Below are positions 56,132 through 64,000 of a stretch of 64,000 bases of DNA, one piece after another. The notes below the pieces were generated by a model, which did not search any database, was not told the DNA's origin, and was given only the letters and a program-made list of their open reading frames with translations. The number at the start of each line of letters is the position of its first letter. The first letter of the stretch is position 1. The translations under genes were made by a program, and so were the position numbers. The DNA lies in assembly GCA_022825505.1 (NCBI GenBank), contig JAJDWR010000044.1, positions 2,220 through 66,219 on the forward strand, given 5' to 3'. This DNA is from Gammaproteobacteria bacterium (GTDB lineage Bacteria > Pseudomonadota > Gammaproteobacteria > Steroidobacterales > Rariloculaceae).

Positions 56132-56623
56132 ATGATTGATCGGCTGTCCAGGGCAGGTTTGCGTCAATCCAGAACCGGGTCGCGGCTGTCCGAGACGATT
56201 TTGCGACCGTCGGCGATCGTCTCGCGGTGGTCGAGGACGTTTTCGCAGCCGTCCGGGGCTGTCTCGGGGTTGTCCGGGACGGTTTCACTGCTCTCGGGCT
56301 CTGTTTCGCGCCTGGGTGTGGCTGCGGCGGTGGGCCTGGTCAGGGCCTACCAGTTGTTGATTTCACCCTGGCTCGGCAGGCCCTGCCGGCATGACCCGAG
56401 TTGCTCGGCCTACGCCATCGAAGCCCTGCGCCGGTTCGGCGTGCTGCAGGGCGGCTGGCTCACGGCCAAACGTCTCGCCCGCTGCCACCCCTGGGGCACG
56501 AGCGGCTACGATCCCGTGCCCGCGGCGCCTGATCCGGGGTCCGCGGCACGTGAACCGGTGCGCGCAGCAACGGAACCGGTACCTGCGACACCGAGACCCG
56601 GCCGGGATGGGAGAACCACATGA
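56132..56623 (+). CDS. yidD: YidD-like membrane-protein insertion efficiency factor with N-terminal heptad-repeat and C-terminal Pro/Ala-rich extensions
   Basis: Core ..[62 protein letters not shown].. is the YidD signature. ATG 56132 is preceded by GGGAGG. A shorter alternative start is the GTG at about 56318. Confidence 0.65.
   Translation: MIDRLSRAGLRQSRTGSRLSETILRPSAIVSRWSRTFSQPSGAVSGLSGTVSLLSGSVSRLGVAAAVGLVRAYQLLISPWLGRPCRHDPSCSAYAIEALRRFGVLQGGWLTAKRLARCHPWGTSGYDPVPAAPDPGSAAREPVRAATEPVPATPRPGRDGRTT
56144..56311 (+). repeat. 8 tandem degenerate 21-bp units (42-bp super-period) encoding the heptads [56 protein letters not shown]
   Basis: Units aligned by eye, consensus about C-GTCC-GG-C-GTTTCGCGG. 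Odd and even units resemble each other more closely. Confidence 0.75.
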
Positions 56624-56889
56624 GTATCGACGCCGATCTTCTCGACATCATCTGCTGCCCGGCCACCAGGCTGCCCCTCAGGGTCATGCCGGCGGAACGG
56701 ATCGAGGCGCTGAACCGGCGCATCGGGGAGGGAACCCTGGTCGGCCGCGACGGCGTGAAACTGACCGAGCCGCTGACCGAAGCGCTGGTCACGCGCGACG
56801 GCAAGCTGGCCTATCCCGTGCGCGACGGAATCCCGGTGCTGCTGGAGGACAGCGGCATCGTGCTGTCCCAGCTCGAGGATGCGGGTTAA
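56620..56889 (+). CDS. Trm112/YcaR-like (UPF0434) small protein
   Basis: 89 aa. ..[14 protein letters not shown].. and ..[16 protein letters not shown].. are typical of the Trm112p-like family. ATGA overlap with the yidD-like gene. Confidence 0.7.
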   Translation: MSIDADLLDIICCPATRLPLRVMPAERIEALNRRIGEGTLVGRDGVKLTEPLTEALVTRDGKLAYPVRDGIPVLLEDSGIVLSQLEDAG

Positions 56890-57907
56890 CGGACCTCAGC
56901 TTGGCGGCCTTCTGAGCCGCGAACTGCTGCCGGCGTACCTCGTCGCCGGCGACGAACCCCTGCTGGTCAGCGAAGCGGCCGCGCAGATTCGGGCCCGGGC
57001 CCGGCGCGACGGCTTCGAGCAACGCGACTACTTCGTCGCCGAGCGGGGATTCGACTGGCAGGCGCTCACGGAAGGCGCCGACAACCTGTCGCTGTTCGCG
57101 GCCCGGAAGATCGTCGAACTGAACCTGCCCACGCCCCGGCCCGGCGCCGTGGGCGGGCGGGTGTTGCAGGACCTGGCACAGCGGCCCGACCCGGACCGCC
57201 TGTTGCTGATCGTCACGCGCAAGCTCGATTCCTCCGCGTCGAGAAGCGCCTGGGTCAGGGCCATCGACGACGGCGGCGCGGTGATCCGGGTATGGCCCGT
57301 GGAGCGGCCGCAGTTGCCCGCGTGGATCCGGCGCCGCGCACAGTCCCGGGGTCTTGCGCTGTCTTCCGCGACCGCCGAATGGATGGCGGACCGGGTGGAA
57401 GGCAACCTGCTGGCGGCGGACCAGGAAGTGCGCAAGCTCGTGCTGCTGTTGGGGGAAGGTACAGCGGACCACGCGGCCGTGCGGGATGCGGTGGCCTCCA
57501 ATCCGCGCTTCGACGTGTTCCGCCTCACCGACGCCCTGCTGGCGGGACAGGCCGGACGGGCGCTGCGTATCCTGGACGGCCTGCGCGCCGAGGGCGCCGC
57601 ACCTTCTCTGGTATTATGGGCCATCAGCCGAGACCTTGGATTGCTGTCGAAGCTCAAATTTGCAGCCCGTAACGGCGCCGTCGCGGCGCCGGTATTCAAG
57701 CGCCATGGCGTCTGGCCGCGGCGCCAGCCGCTGGTGAAGGGCGCGCTTGAAAGGATCGAGTCGGCACGCCTCACGGAACTCATCGTAAAGGCCGCAGAGA
57801 CGGACCGGGTGATCAAGGGCGTACAGCCGGGCAACGCCTGGCAGCAACTGACCTCCCTGGTCCTTGCGGTACTCGGCCGCCCCGGCCGCGCCACGGCGGT
57901 CCGCTGA
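56879..57907 (+). CDS. holA: DNA polymerase III subunit delta
   Basis: 342 aa. ..LLPAYLVAGDEPLLVSEAA.. N-terminus. holA-nadD-rsfS-rlmH synteny. Confidence 0.85.
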   Translation: MRVNGPQLGGLLSRELLPAYLVAGDEPLLVSEAAAQIRARARRDGFEQRDYFVAERGFDWQALTEGADNLSLFAARKIVELNLPTPRPGAVGGRVLQDLAQRPDPDRLLLIVTRKLDSSASRSAWVRAIDDGGAVIRVWPVERPQLPAWIRRRAQSRGLALSSATAEWMADRVEGNLLAADQEVRKLVLLLGEGTADHAAVRDAVASNPRFDVFRLTDALLAGQAGRALRILDGLRAEGAAPSLVLWAISRDLGLLSKLKFAARNGAVAAPVFKRHGVWPRRQPLVKGALERIESARLTELIVKAAETDRVIKGVQPGNAWQQLTSLVLAVLGRPGRATAVR

Positions 57908-57945
57908 ATCGATGCGCCGGCTCCGCAAAGGATACGCATAAGCGG

Positions 57946-58581
57946 ATGGGGCCGATCGGCATCTTCGGTGGTACATTCGACCCCATCCACTACGGCCACC
58001 TGCGTACCGCCCTGGAACTGCTGCAGCGCCTGTCGCTGGCGCAGGTCCTGTTCGTCCCCAGCGCCCGGCAACCCTTGCGCGATCCGTCCGTCGCTCCGAT
58101 GAGCACCCGCCTCGCGATGGTGCGCGCGGCGGTGCGGGAAGAACCCCGGTTCGCCGTGGATACGCGCGAACTCGAGCGCCCGGGCCCTTCCTGGACCGTG
58201 GACACCCTGCGTTCCCTGCGCAGCGATCACGAACGCCGATCGCTGTGCCTGTTGCTGGGAATGGACGCCTTCCTGAGCCTGCCCCGCTGGCGCCGCTGGG
58301 AGGAGCTGTCCGGGCTCGCGAACATCGTCGTGGCGCATCGCCCCGGCTGGCAGCCCCCGGATCAGGGACCGCTTGCCGATCTGCTGGGACGTTGCGGCAC
58401 CGAAAGCCCCACCGACCTGCACCGGCAACCCGCCGGAAGCGTACTGGTCACGCCGGTCACCCAGATCGACGTATCGGCTTCGCAGATCCGCGCAGCCGCC
58501 GTCGCCGGCGAAGACCCGAGATACCTCGTCCCTGACAGCGTCAGGGAAATCATCCTCGAAACGGAGTGTTATGCACGCTAG
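57946..58581 (+). CDS. nadD: nicotinate-nucleotide adenylyltransferase
   Basis: MGPIGIFGGTFDPIHYGHL.. (HxGH motif) and ..VSASQIR.., 211 aa. Confidence 0.93.
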   Translation: MGPIGIFGGTFDPIHYGHLRTALELLQRLSLAQVLFVPSARQPLRDPSVAPMSTRLAMVRAAVREEPRFAVDTRELERPGPSWTVDTLRSLRSDHERRSLCLLLGMDAFLSLPRWRRWEELSGLANIVVAHRPGWQPPDQGPLADLLGRCGTESPTDLHRQPAGSVLVTPVTQIDVSASQIRAAAVAGEDPRYLVPDSVREIILETECYAR

Positions 58582-58942
58582 CCAACCCAAGCCCGGGATG
58601 TCCAGCCGCGAGTTGACCGAACTGGTGCTCGATGCGCTGAACGAAATGAAGGCACAGGCCGTCAAGACGATGGATGTGCGCCATCTGACCACGGTCACCG
58701 ACGTGATGATCATCGCCAACGGGCGTTCCGCCAGGCACGTTCGCGCCCTGGCCGAAACCGTGGTCGAACGCTGCAAGCACGCAGGCGAAGCGCCGCTGGG
58801 GCGGGAAGGAGAAACCGCCGGCGAGTGGGTGCTGCTGGACCTGGCTGATGTCGTCGTGCACGTCATGCAGCCGGAGGTTCGCGAGTTCTACGATCTCGAG
58901 AAACTCTGGGACATTCCGGCACAGGATCAGGCGTTCAACTGA
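58571..58942 (+). CDS. rsfS: ribosome silencing factor RsfS (iojap-like)
   Basis: ATG 58571 (or 58598) inside ORF 58373..58942. ..DVRHLTTVTDVMIIANGRSARHVRALAE..WVLLDLADVVVHVMQPEVREFYDLEKLW.. Confidence 0.9.
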   Translation: MHASQPKPGMSSRELTELVLDALNEMKAQAVKTMDVRHLTTVTDVMIIANGRSARHVRALAETVVERCKHAGEAPLGREGETAGEWVLLDLADVVVHVMQPEVREFYDLEKLWDIPAQDQAFN

Positions 58943-58968
58943 CCCTCGCGGGCAGCCGGGCCGTCAAC

Positions 58969-59439
58969 ATGCGCATCGTGCTGATCGCGGCCGGGACCCG
59001 CCAGCCCCAATGGGTCCGATCCGGCTTCGAGGAATACGCCCGGCGGCTGCGGGGCAATTGCACGCTCGAACTGGTGGAAATCCCGCTGGGCCGCCGCACC
59101 TCCGCGGGCTCGGCGCGGCAGGCGGTGGAGCAGGAGGCCGGCCGCACACTGCGCGCAATCCCCCGGGGCGCCCGGGTGGTCGCTCTCCACGTGAAGGGCA
59201 GCCCATGGTCCACGGCGCAACTGGCCGCCCGCCTGCGCGCCTGGATGGCCGGCGGTGCGCCGGTCTGCCTGCTGGTGGGAGGTCCCGACGGACTGTCTTC
59301 CCGGGTCATGGAGCGGGCCGACGAGCGCTGGTCCCTGTCGCCGCTGACCCTGCCCCACGGGCTGGTCCGGCCGCTGGTTGCCGAGGCTCTCTACCGGGCG
59401 TGGAGCCTCAACCAGGGCCATCCCTATCATCGCTCCTGA
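58969..59439 (+). CDS. rlmH: 23S rRNA (pseudouridine1915-N3)-methyltransferase RlmH
   Basis: 156 aa. MRIVLIAAGTRQPQWVRSGFEEYARRL.. and SPOUT C-terminus ..LSLSPLTLPHGLVRPLVAEALYRAWSL.. Confidence 0.92.
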   Translation: MRIVLIAAGTRQPQWVRSGFEEYARRLRGNCTLELVEIPLGRRTSAGSARQAVEQEAGRTLRAIPRGARVVALHVKGSPWSTAQLAARLRAWMAGGAPVCLLVGGPDGLSSRVMERADERWSLSPLTLPHGLVRPLVAEALYRAWSLNQGHPYHRS

Positions 59440-59465
59440 ACGAGCGGCGGCCAGGCGGGCATCGG

Positions 59466-59493
59466 TTGACTGACGGCCGGCACCTCGTATAGT
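59466..59493 (+). promoter_or_regulatory. Near-consensus sigma70 promoter upstream of rng (-35 TTGACT, 16-nt spacer, -10 TATAGT)
   Basis: Read directly: TTGACT(59466-59471)-gacggccggcacctcg-TATAGT(59488-59493), 62 nt upstream of the rng GTG. Confidence 0.45.
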
Positions 59494-59555
59494 CCATTGA
59501 ATGGCAAGGAATTGCGGGCGGGTATGCGCGCTGTCTTGAGCCGACCGGAGCTGCC

Positions 59556-61022
59556 GTGAGCGAGGAACTCCTGATCAACGAGTGTTTGCGCGAAGTGCGG
59601 GCCGCGCTCGTGGACAACGGCGTGCTGCAGGAGTTGTTCATCGAGCGCGCCGGCGGGCGGGGCCTGGTCGGCAACATCTACAAGGGCCGCGTGATGCGGG
59701 TGTTGCCGGGCCTGCAGGCCAGTTTCGTGAACGTGGGCCTGGAGCGCTCGGCGTTCCTGCACGCATCCGACATCGTGCGCGGTCTCGAGGAGGAATTGAG
59801 CGGCCTGGAGCGCCGCCCGGATGTCACCGAACTGGTCGAGGAAGGGGACAAGTTGCTGGTCCAGGTGCTGAAGGACCCCCTGGGCAGCAAGGGCGCCCGG
59901 CTGAGTACCTTCATCACGCTGCCGTCGCGGCTGCTCGTGTACGCGCCGAGCGGTTCCGGCGTCTCCGTTTCGGCCCGGATCGACGACGACGACGAACGCG
60001 AACGGCTGCGAAGCCTGGTCGAAAGCCTCATGGAGGAGGACGAGCAGGGCGGATACATCGTCAGGACCGCAGCGCACGGCGCAGCGCTTGCGAGTCTCGC
60101 CGCCGACAAGCGGCTTCTGACCCAACTCTGGGCGACGGTTCACGATGCCGCCGGCAACGCCCGGGCGGAGGAACGGGTCTACCAGGACCTGCCGCTGGCA
60201 ACCCGGCTGCTGAGGGACCTCCGGGACGACAGCCTCAAGCGGGTGCGCGTCGACTCGGCTTCCACCCACGAAAGGATGAAACGGTTCGCGGAGCGCTTCA
60301 TTCCGGAGATGTCGAACCTCATCGAATTGCACGACGACAGCCGCCCGCTGTTCGATCTCTACGGCATCGAAGACGAAATCGCACGGGCGCTGCAGCGGCG
60401 GGTGCCGCTAAAATCCGGCGGTTACCTCATCATCGATCAGACCGAGGCGCTGACGACCGTAGACGTGAATTCAGGGGGATACGTGGGGCGCCGGGACCTG
60501 GAGGAAACCAGCCTGCACACCAACCTGGAGGCGGCCGCGGCCATCGCCAGGCAATTGCGGTTGCGTAATCTCGGGGGCATTATCATTGTGGACTTCATTG
60601 ATTTGGCGGACGAGGAACACCGCCGCCAACTGCTTGGAGCGCTGGCCGGCCACCTTAAGGGGGATCGGGGCAAGACCCAGGTCATGAACGTATCGCCGCT
60701 GGGCCTGGTGGAAATGTCGCGGAAACGAACCAGCGACAGCCTGGAACGAACGTTGTGCCGGCCTTGTCCCACTTGCAGTGGCCGGGGATTCACGAAAACG
60801 CCGCAGACCGTGTGCAGCGAGATATTCCGGGAAGTGCTCGGCCAGCGGGCACAGGAGGAATTTGCGGAAGTGCTGGTGCTGGCTGCGCCGGATGTCATCG
60901 GCCGGCTGCTGGACGAGGACGCCGCGACCGTGGCCAGGCTGGAGCAATTGACCGGCGCTTCGATCCGCCTGCAGAGCGAGCGGCTTCACGGCCCGGAGCA
61001 GTTTGACGTGGTACCGATTTGA
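59556..61022 (+). CDS. rng: ribonuclease G
   Basis: 488 aa. S1 domain ..GNIYKGRVMRVLPGLQASFVNVGLERSAFLH.. and RNase E/G catalytic core ..GGYLIIDQTEALTTVDVNSG.. No RNase E C-terminal scaffold. GTG start. Confidence 0.92.
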   Translation: MSEELLINECLREVRAALVDNGVLQELFIERAGGRGLVGNIYKGRVMRVLPGLQASFVNVGLERSAFLHASDIVRGLEEELSGLERRPDVTELVEEGDKLLVQVLKDPLGSKGARLSTFITLPSRLLVYAPSGSGVSVSARIDDDDERERLRSLVESLMEEDEQGGYIVRTAAHGAALASLAADKRLLTQLWATVHDAAGNARAEERVYQDLPLATRLLRDLRDDSLKRVRVDSASTHERMKRFAERFIPEMSNLIELHDDSRPLFDLYGIEDEIARALQRRVPLKSGGYLIIDQTEALTTVDVNSGGYVGRRDLEETSLHTNLEAAAAIARQLRLRNLGGIIIVDFIDLADEEHRRQLLGALAGHLKGDRGKTQVMNVSPLGLVEMSRKRTSDSLERTLCRPCPTCSGRGFTKTPQTVCSEIFREVLGQRAQEEFAEVLVLAAPDVIGRLLDEDAATVARLEQLTGASIRLQSERLHGPEQFDVVPI

Positions 61023-61028
61023 GAGATT

Positions 61029-64000
61029 GTGCGGAACTTGCTTAAAACACTGATGCGAGGCGTCGCCGTCACCGGGGCGGTGGCGCTGATCCTGCTCGCC
61101 ATGAGCGCCGGCGTGCTGCGCCTGGTGATCATCCAGTTGCCCAGTTACCAGGGCGAGGTCTGGGAGTGGGTGCAGACGGAGCTGGGCGTGAACCTGGATT
61201 TCAGCCAGATGGATGCGCGCTGGAGTTTTCTGGGACCCGAGTTCAGCTTCCGGGACGCTACGCTCAGCCGGGTCGGGGACGAAGCCAACCCCTTCCTGAG
61301 TGCTGCCGAGGCGTCGATCTCCCTGAGCGCGCCGGCACTGATTTCCCAACGGCGGCTGGAAGTGACAAGGCTGACGCTGGAGGGCTCCGACCTCAGGATC
61401 GAAAGAACCGGAAGCGGAACCCTGAGGCTGGCCAACCTGCCCGGGGACGAGAGCCCGCGGACCGAGATTTCGCTGGCGGACATCCCGCCGGTCACGATCG
61501 TCATCGATAACGGCAGCATCACCTTTGCCGACGACCTGCGCCGGCGGGAATGGACCTTTGACGATGTCCGTCTGCAACTGGTCAGGGAGCTGGGCAGTAT
61601 CGTCGTCGAAGCCCGGGCCAACCCGCCGGAGGAACTGGCCCGGCAAATCGAACTGTCGGCTCAGCTGGATGCCGAGGGTACGCTCCGGGACCCGCAGTCG
61701 GTGTGGAGGTTGTTCGGCGAAACCCGCGGCCTGGACCTGGCCGCGCTGTCGGAACTGCTCCCGGAATCGCTGCCGCTGCCCGCGTCCGGACAGGGCGATG
61801 TTTCCTTCTGGGTTGATTTCGCCGGCGGCGAAGCGCAGCAGGCGACCCTGGCGCTGGCGCTGGCGGGGCTGCGTGTAAACGGGTCCGATGGAGGCGCTCC
61901 GGACTACGACCGGCTCGGCGTGACCCTGGAAGGCAGCCGCCTGCACACCGGATGGGCGTTTTCGGCCAGCGACCTGGAACTGAACCGGGAAGGCCGCGCC
62001 TGGCCGCCCGGCGCGAGCATCGATGTGCAGCTCGTCGAGGACGGCGCCGGTCTGGCGTCGCTGTCGTTGCGCAGCAGTTTCCTGCGCCTTGAGGACCTGT
62101 CCCCGTTGGTGGCCGCCGTACCCTCGAGCGATATCGCCGGGGTGTGGTCGGAACTCCGGCCACGGGGGGACGTTCGCGACGTGGACGCGCGCCTGGTCCG
62201 GGGCATCGGCTCGTGGCGCTACTCGGCCGTCGGGTCGTTCGAGGATCTTAACGTCGCGCCCCGCGGCGCCTGGCCGGGCCTGCAGGGATTCTCGGGCGCG
62301 TTGCGGACGGATTCGACCAGCGGCCGGCTCGACCTGGACACCCGTGGGGCGGTGGTGGACTGGCCCGGTTTCTTTGCCGGGCCGCTGGATGTGGATGAAC
62401 TCAGCGGCCGGGTGACCTGGAGGCAGAGGCCTTCCGGTCTTGAGCTGGCAAGCGACGAACTCGTCATCGTCACGCCCGACGGGCAGACCCGCTCCGAGCT
62501 GGCGGTGACATGGCCCGGCGGCGCCGGCAGCATGCCCGACGTGGCGCTCCGGTCCGAGGTGCGGAATCTCGATGCCGCCGGCGCCAGGCGTTACTTGCCG
62601 GTGGGCATCTATCCACAGGTCACCGCCTATCTCAGGCGCGCGATCGTCGGAGGCCGCGTCCCCCGGGCGACTGTCATCCTGAATGGTCCCCTGGCGTCGT
62701 TCCCATTCGGAGACGGCGAAGGCACGTTCCTCGCTGAAGGCAACATCGAAGGCGGCTCGATGGCGTACGTCGGGAACTGGCCCGCCGCAGAGGATCTCAA
62801 CGGTGTTCTGACCTTCACCAATGCGGGCTGGGAGGCGACCGGCAGCGGCCGGATCCTGGGCAACCGCAGCGAGGACCTGCGCGTGGGCATTCAGGATATG
62901 CGGGACCCGGTCCTTGACGTGGCCGCATCCACGCGGGGTTCCCTGGACGACGTGATTCGCTTTCTCAGGGAAGCGCCGACGATTGCCCGCCATCTGGGTC
63001 CCGACCTGCAGCGTCTGCAGTCGGGCAGCGGCACGGCGGACGTCTCCCTTGCGCTTGAGTTGCCTCTGCACGAACTGACGAGCTATCGGCTGGACGCCGG
63101 TCTTGAAATCGCTGGCGCCGACCTGTCCGTAGATGGCTTCGGACCGGCGGTGACGGAAATCTTCGGGGGCCTGCGCCTGGCCGGCGGCGAAGTTGCGAGT
63201 CGCGGCAATCTCGAGGCGCAATTCCTCGACGCGCCGGTGTCGATCAGTGTCGCGACGGCCGCCGAACCGGGCTATCTCGCCGACGTCGCTTTCGAAGGCG
63301 TATTCCCCGCCGAATCCCTGCAGGCGGAGTTCGGCCTGCCATTCTTCGAACAGATCCTGGGTGCGTCCGCATGGCAGGGTCACGTCCTGCTGCCGGAGAA
63401 CCGGTTCGTCCAGGCGCGGCGCGAGCCGCTGCGGATCGACCTGGCGACGGATCTCGCCGGAGTCGACCTGCGATTCCCCGAGCCGTTGCGAAAGCCGCCC
63501 GGGCAAGGCACGCAGTTCGAGATGGAGGTCGTCTTTTCCGAAGCCGACCGCCTCAACATCAACGGCCGGCTCGGCGAGGCTCATCGGTTCGCGCTGAGTT
63601 ACCGCAACCGGGACGGCGAACTGTCGTTCCGGCGGGGCGCTGTCCGTTTCGGCGGCGCGGAGCCGCTGCTGCCGCCGCGCGATGGGCTGAGCGTCAGCGG
63701 CGAGCTGGGATCGGTGGATTTCGACGACTGGTGGACCCTGTTCCGGCGGCAGGTCCCGGGCGGTTCGGCTGCGGGGGTGCTGCTGGGCGCGGAACTGGCG
63801 ATCGCCGATCTCGCGGTCTTCGGGCAACCGCTGGGGTCCACGGACATCCTGCTTCGCCAGCAGGCGGCCCGCTGGCAGCTGCAGGTGGACAGCGACCCGA
63901 TCGCCGGTGTCATAAGCTCACCGCTGGATCTCGGCGACCGCCCGCAGATGCTGGCGGAACTGGAGCGGCTGCATGTCTCCACCGACAACATGTCGGCGGA
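61029..64000 (+). CDS. yhdP: YhdP/AsmA2-family large envelope protein (3'-truncated by window edge)
   Basis: Absent from the ORF track because there is no stop before the window end. Hand translation from GTG 61029 gives VRNLLKTLMRGVAVTGAVALILLAMSAGVLRLVIIQLPSYQGEVWEWVQTELGVNLDFSQMDARWSFLGPEFSFRDATL.. The frame is still open at 64000 (..AELERLHVSTDNMSA). No listed plus-strand ORF shares this frame, and the 1118-aa antisense ORF is typical of a real high-GC gene opposite. The rng-yhdP order matches E. coli. Confidence 0.7.
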   Translation, partial: MRNLLKTLMRGVAVTGAVALILLAMSAGVLRLVIIQLPSYQGEVWEWVQTELGVNLDFSQMDARWSFLGPEFSFRDATLSRVGDEANPFLSAAEASISLSAPALISQRRLEVTRLTLEGSDLRIERTGSGTLRLANLPGDESPRTEISLADIPPVTIVIDNGSITFADDLRRREWTFDDVRLQLVRELGSIVVEARANPPEELARQIELSAQLDAEGTLRDPQSVWRLFGETRGLDLAALSELLPESLPLPASGQGDVSFWVDFAGGEAQQATLALALAGLRVNGSDGGAPDYDRLGVTLEGSRLHTGWAFSASDLELNREGRAWPPGASIDVQLVEDGAGLASLSLRSSFLRLEDLSPLVAAVPSSDIAGVWSELRPRGDVRDVDARLVRGIGSWRYSAVGSFEDLNVAPRGAWPGLQGFSGALRTDSTSGRLDLDTRGAVVDWPGFFAGPLDVDELSGRVTWRQRPSGLELASDELVIVTPDGQTRSELAVTWPGGAGSMPDVALRSEVRNLDAAGARRYLPVGIYPQVTAYLRRAIVGGRVPRATVILNGPLASFPFGDGEGTFLAEGNIEGGSMAYVGNWPAAEDLNGVLTFTNAGWEATGSGRILGNRSEDLRVGIQDMRDPVLDVAASTRGSLDDVIRFLREAPTIARHLGPDLQRLQSGSGTADVSLALELPLHELTSYRLDAGLEIAGADLSVDGFGPAVTEIFGGLRLAGGEVASRGNLEAQFLDAPVSISVATAAEPGYLADVAFEGVFPAESLQAEFGLPFFEQILGASAWQGHVLLPENRFVQARREPLRIDLATDLAGVDLRFPEPLRKPPGQGTQFEMEVVFSEADRLNINGRLGEAHRFALSYRNRDGELSFRRGAVRFGGAEPLLPPRDGLSVSGELGSVDFDDWWTLFRRQVPGGSAAGVLLGAELAIADLAVFGQPLGSTDILLRQQAARWQLQVDSDPIAGVISSPLDLGDRPQMLAELERLHVSTDNMSA

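Noticed and set aside
60471-63827. 1118-aa minus-strand ORF, the longest in the window
   Set aside because: It lies opposite rng and a plus-strand frame that stays open from 61029 to the window end. That plus frame translates to a YhdP/AsmA-like protein with an N-terminal TM helix, in the conserved rng-yhdP arrangement. The plus-strand gene is missing from the track only because it has no stop inside the window.

Overview
High-GC (about two-thirds G+C by eye) chromosomal segment with gammaproteobacterial gene order. No rRNA, tRNA, CRISPR array, transposase or integrase was recognised. Layout: (1) 1-11.8 kb holds the 3' part of the S10 operon plus the complete spc and alpha ribosomal operons (rplW to rplQ, including secY, rpmJ and rpoA). 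(2) 12.0-15.3 kb holds a tightly coupled minus-strand operon (ICMT-like membrane methyltransferase, RHH protein, minimal protein kinase) and a divergent gamma-glutamyltransferase. (3) 15.6-35.0 kb is an accessory uptake/catabolic locus of unknown substrate. It encodes a LacI-family regulator, a TonB-dependent receptor, a TPR-sulfotransferase, a Tat-exported sulfatase, two paralogous SSS symporters, a secreted alpha/beta hydrolase, a bicupin, a MetE-like Zn enzyme and four tandem SnoaL/NTF2-like proteins in two A/B pairs. A 17-nt motif recurs at three of its promoter regions, and a related palindrome sits at the lacI/symporter divergent region. (4) 35-64 kb is housekeeping: trpS, uvrA/ssb, miaB-ybeZ-ybeY-corC-lnt, leuS, lptE, xthA, hisI, cysS, a yidD-like gene, holA-nadD-rsfS-rlmH, rng and yhdP. 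Inserted among these are a higBA module, a low-GC orphan gene and secreted proteins of unknown function. Five copies of a ~150-bp palindromic intergenic repeat with compensatory arm variation are scattered through the window. Other oddities are an acidic N-terminal extension on S17, an 8x heptad (21-bp) tandem repeat at the 5' end of the yidD-like gene, and an in-frame amber codon at the start of the second symporter. All functional calls come from motif and family recognition by eye, with no searches run. Many start codons are judgement calls. The long ORFs antisense to conserved genes are treated as high-GC artefacts.
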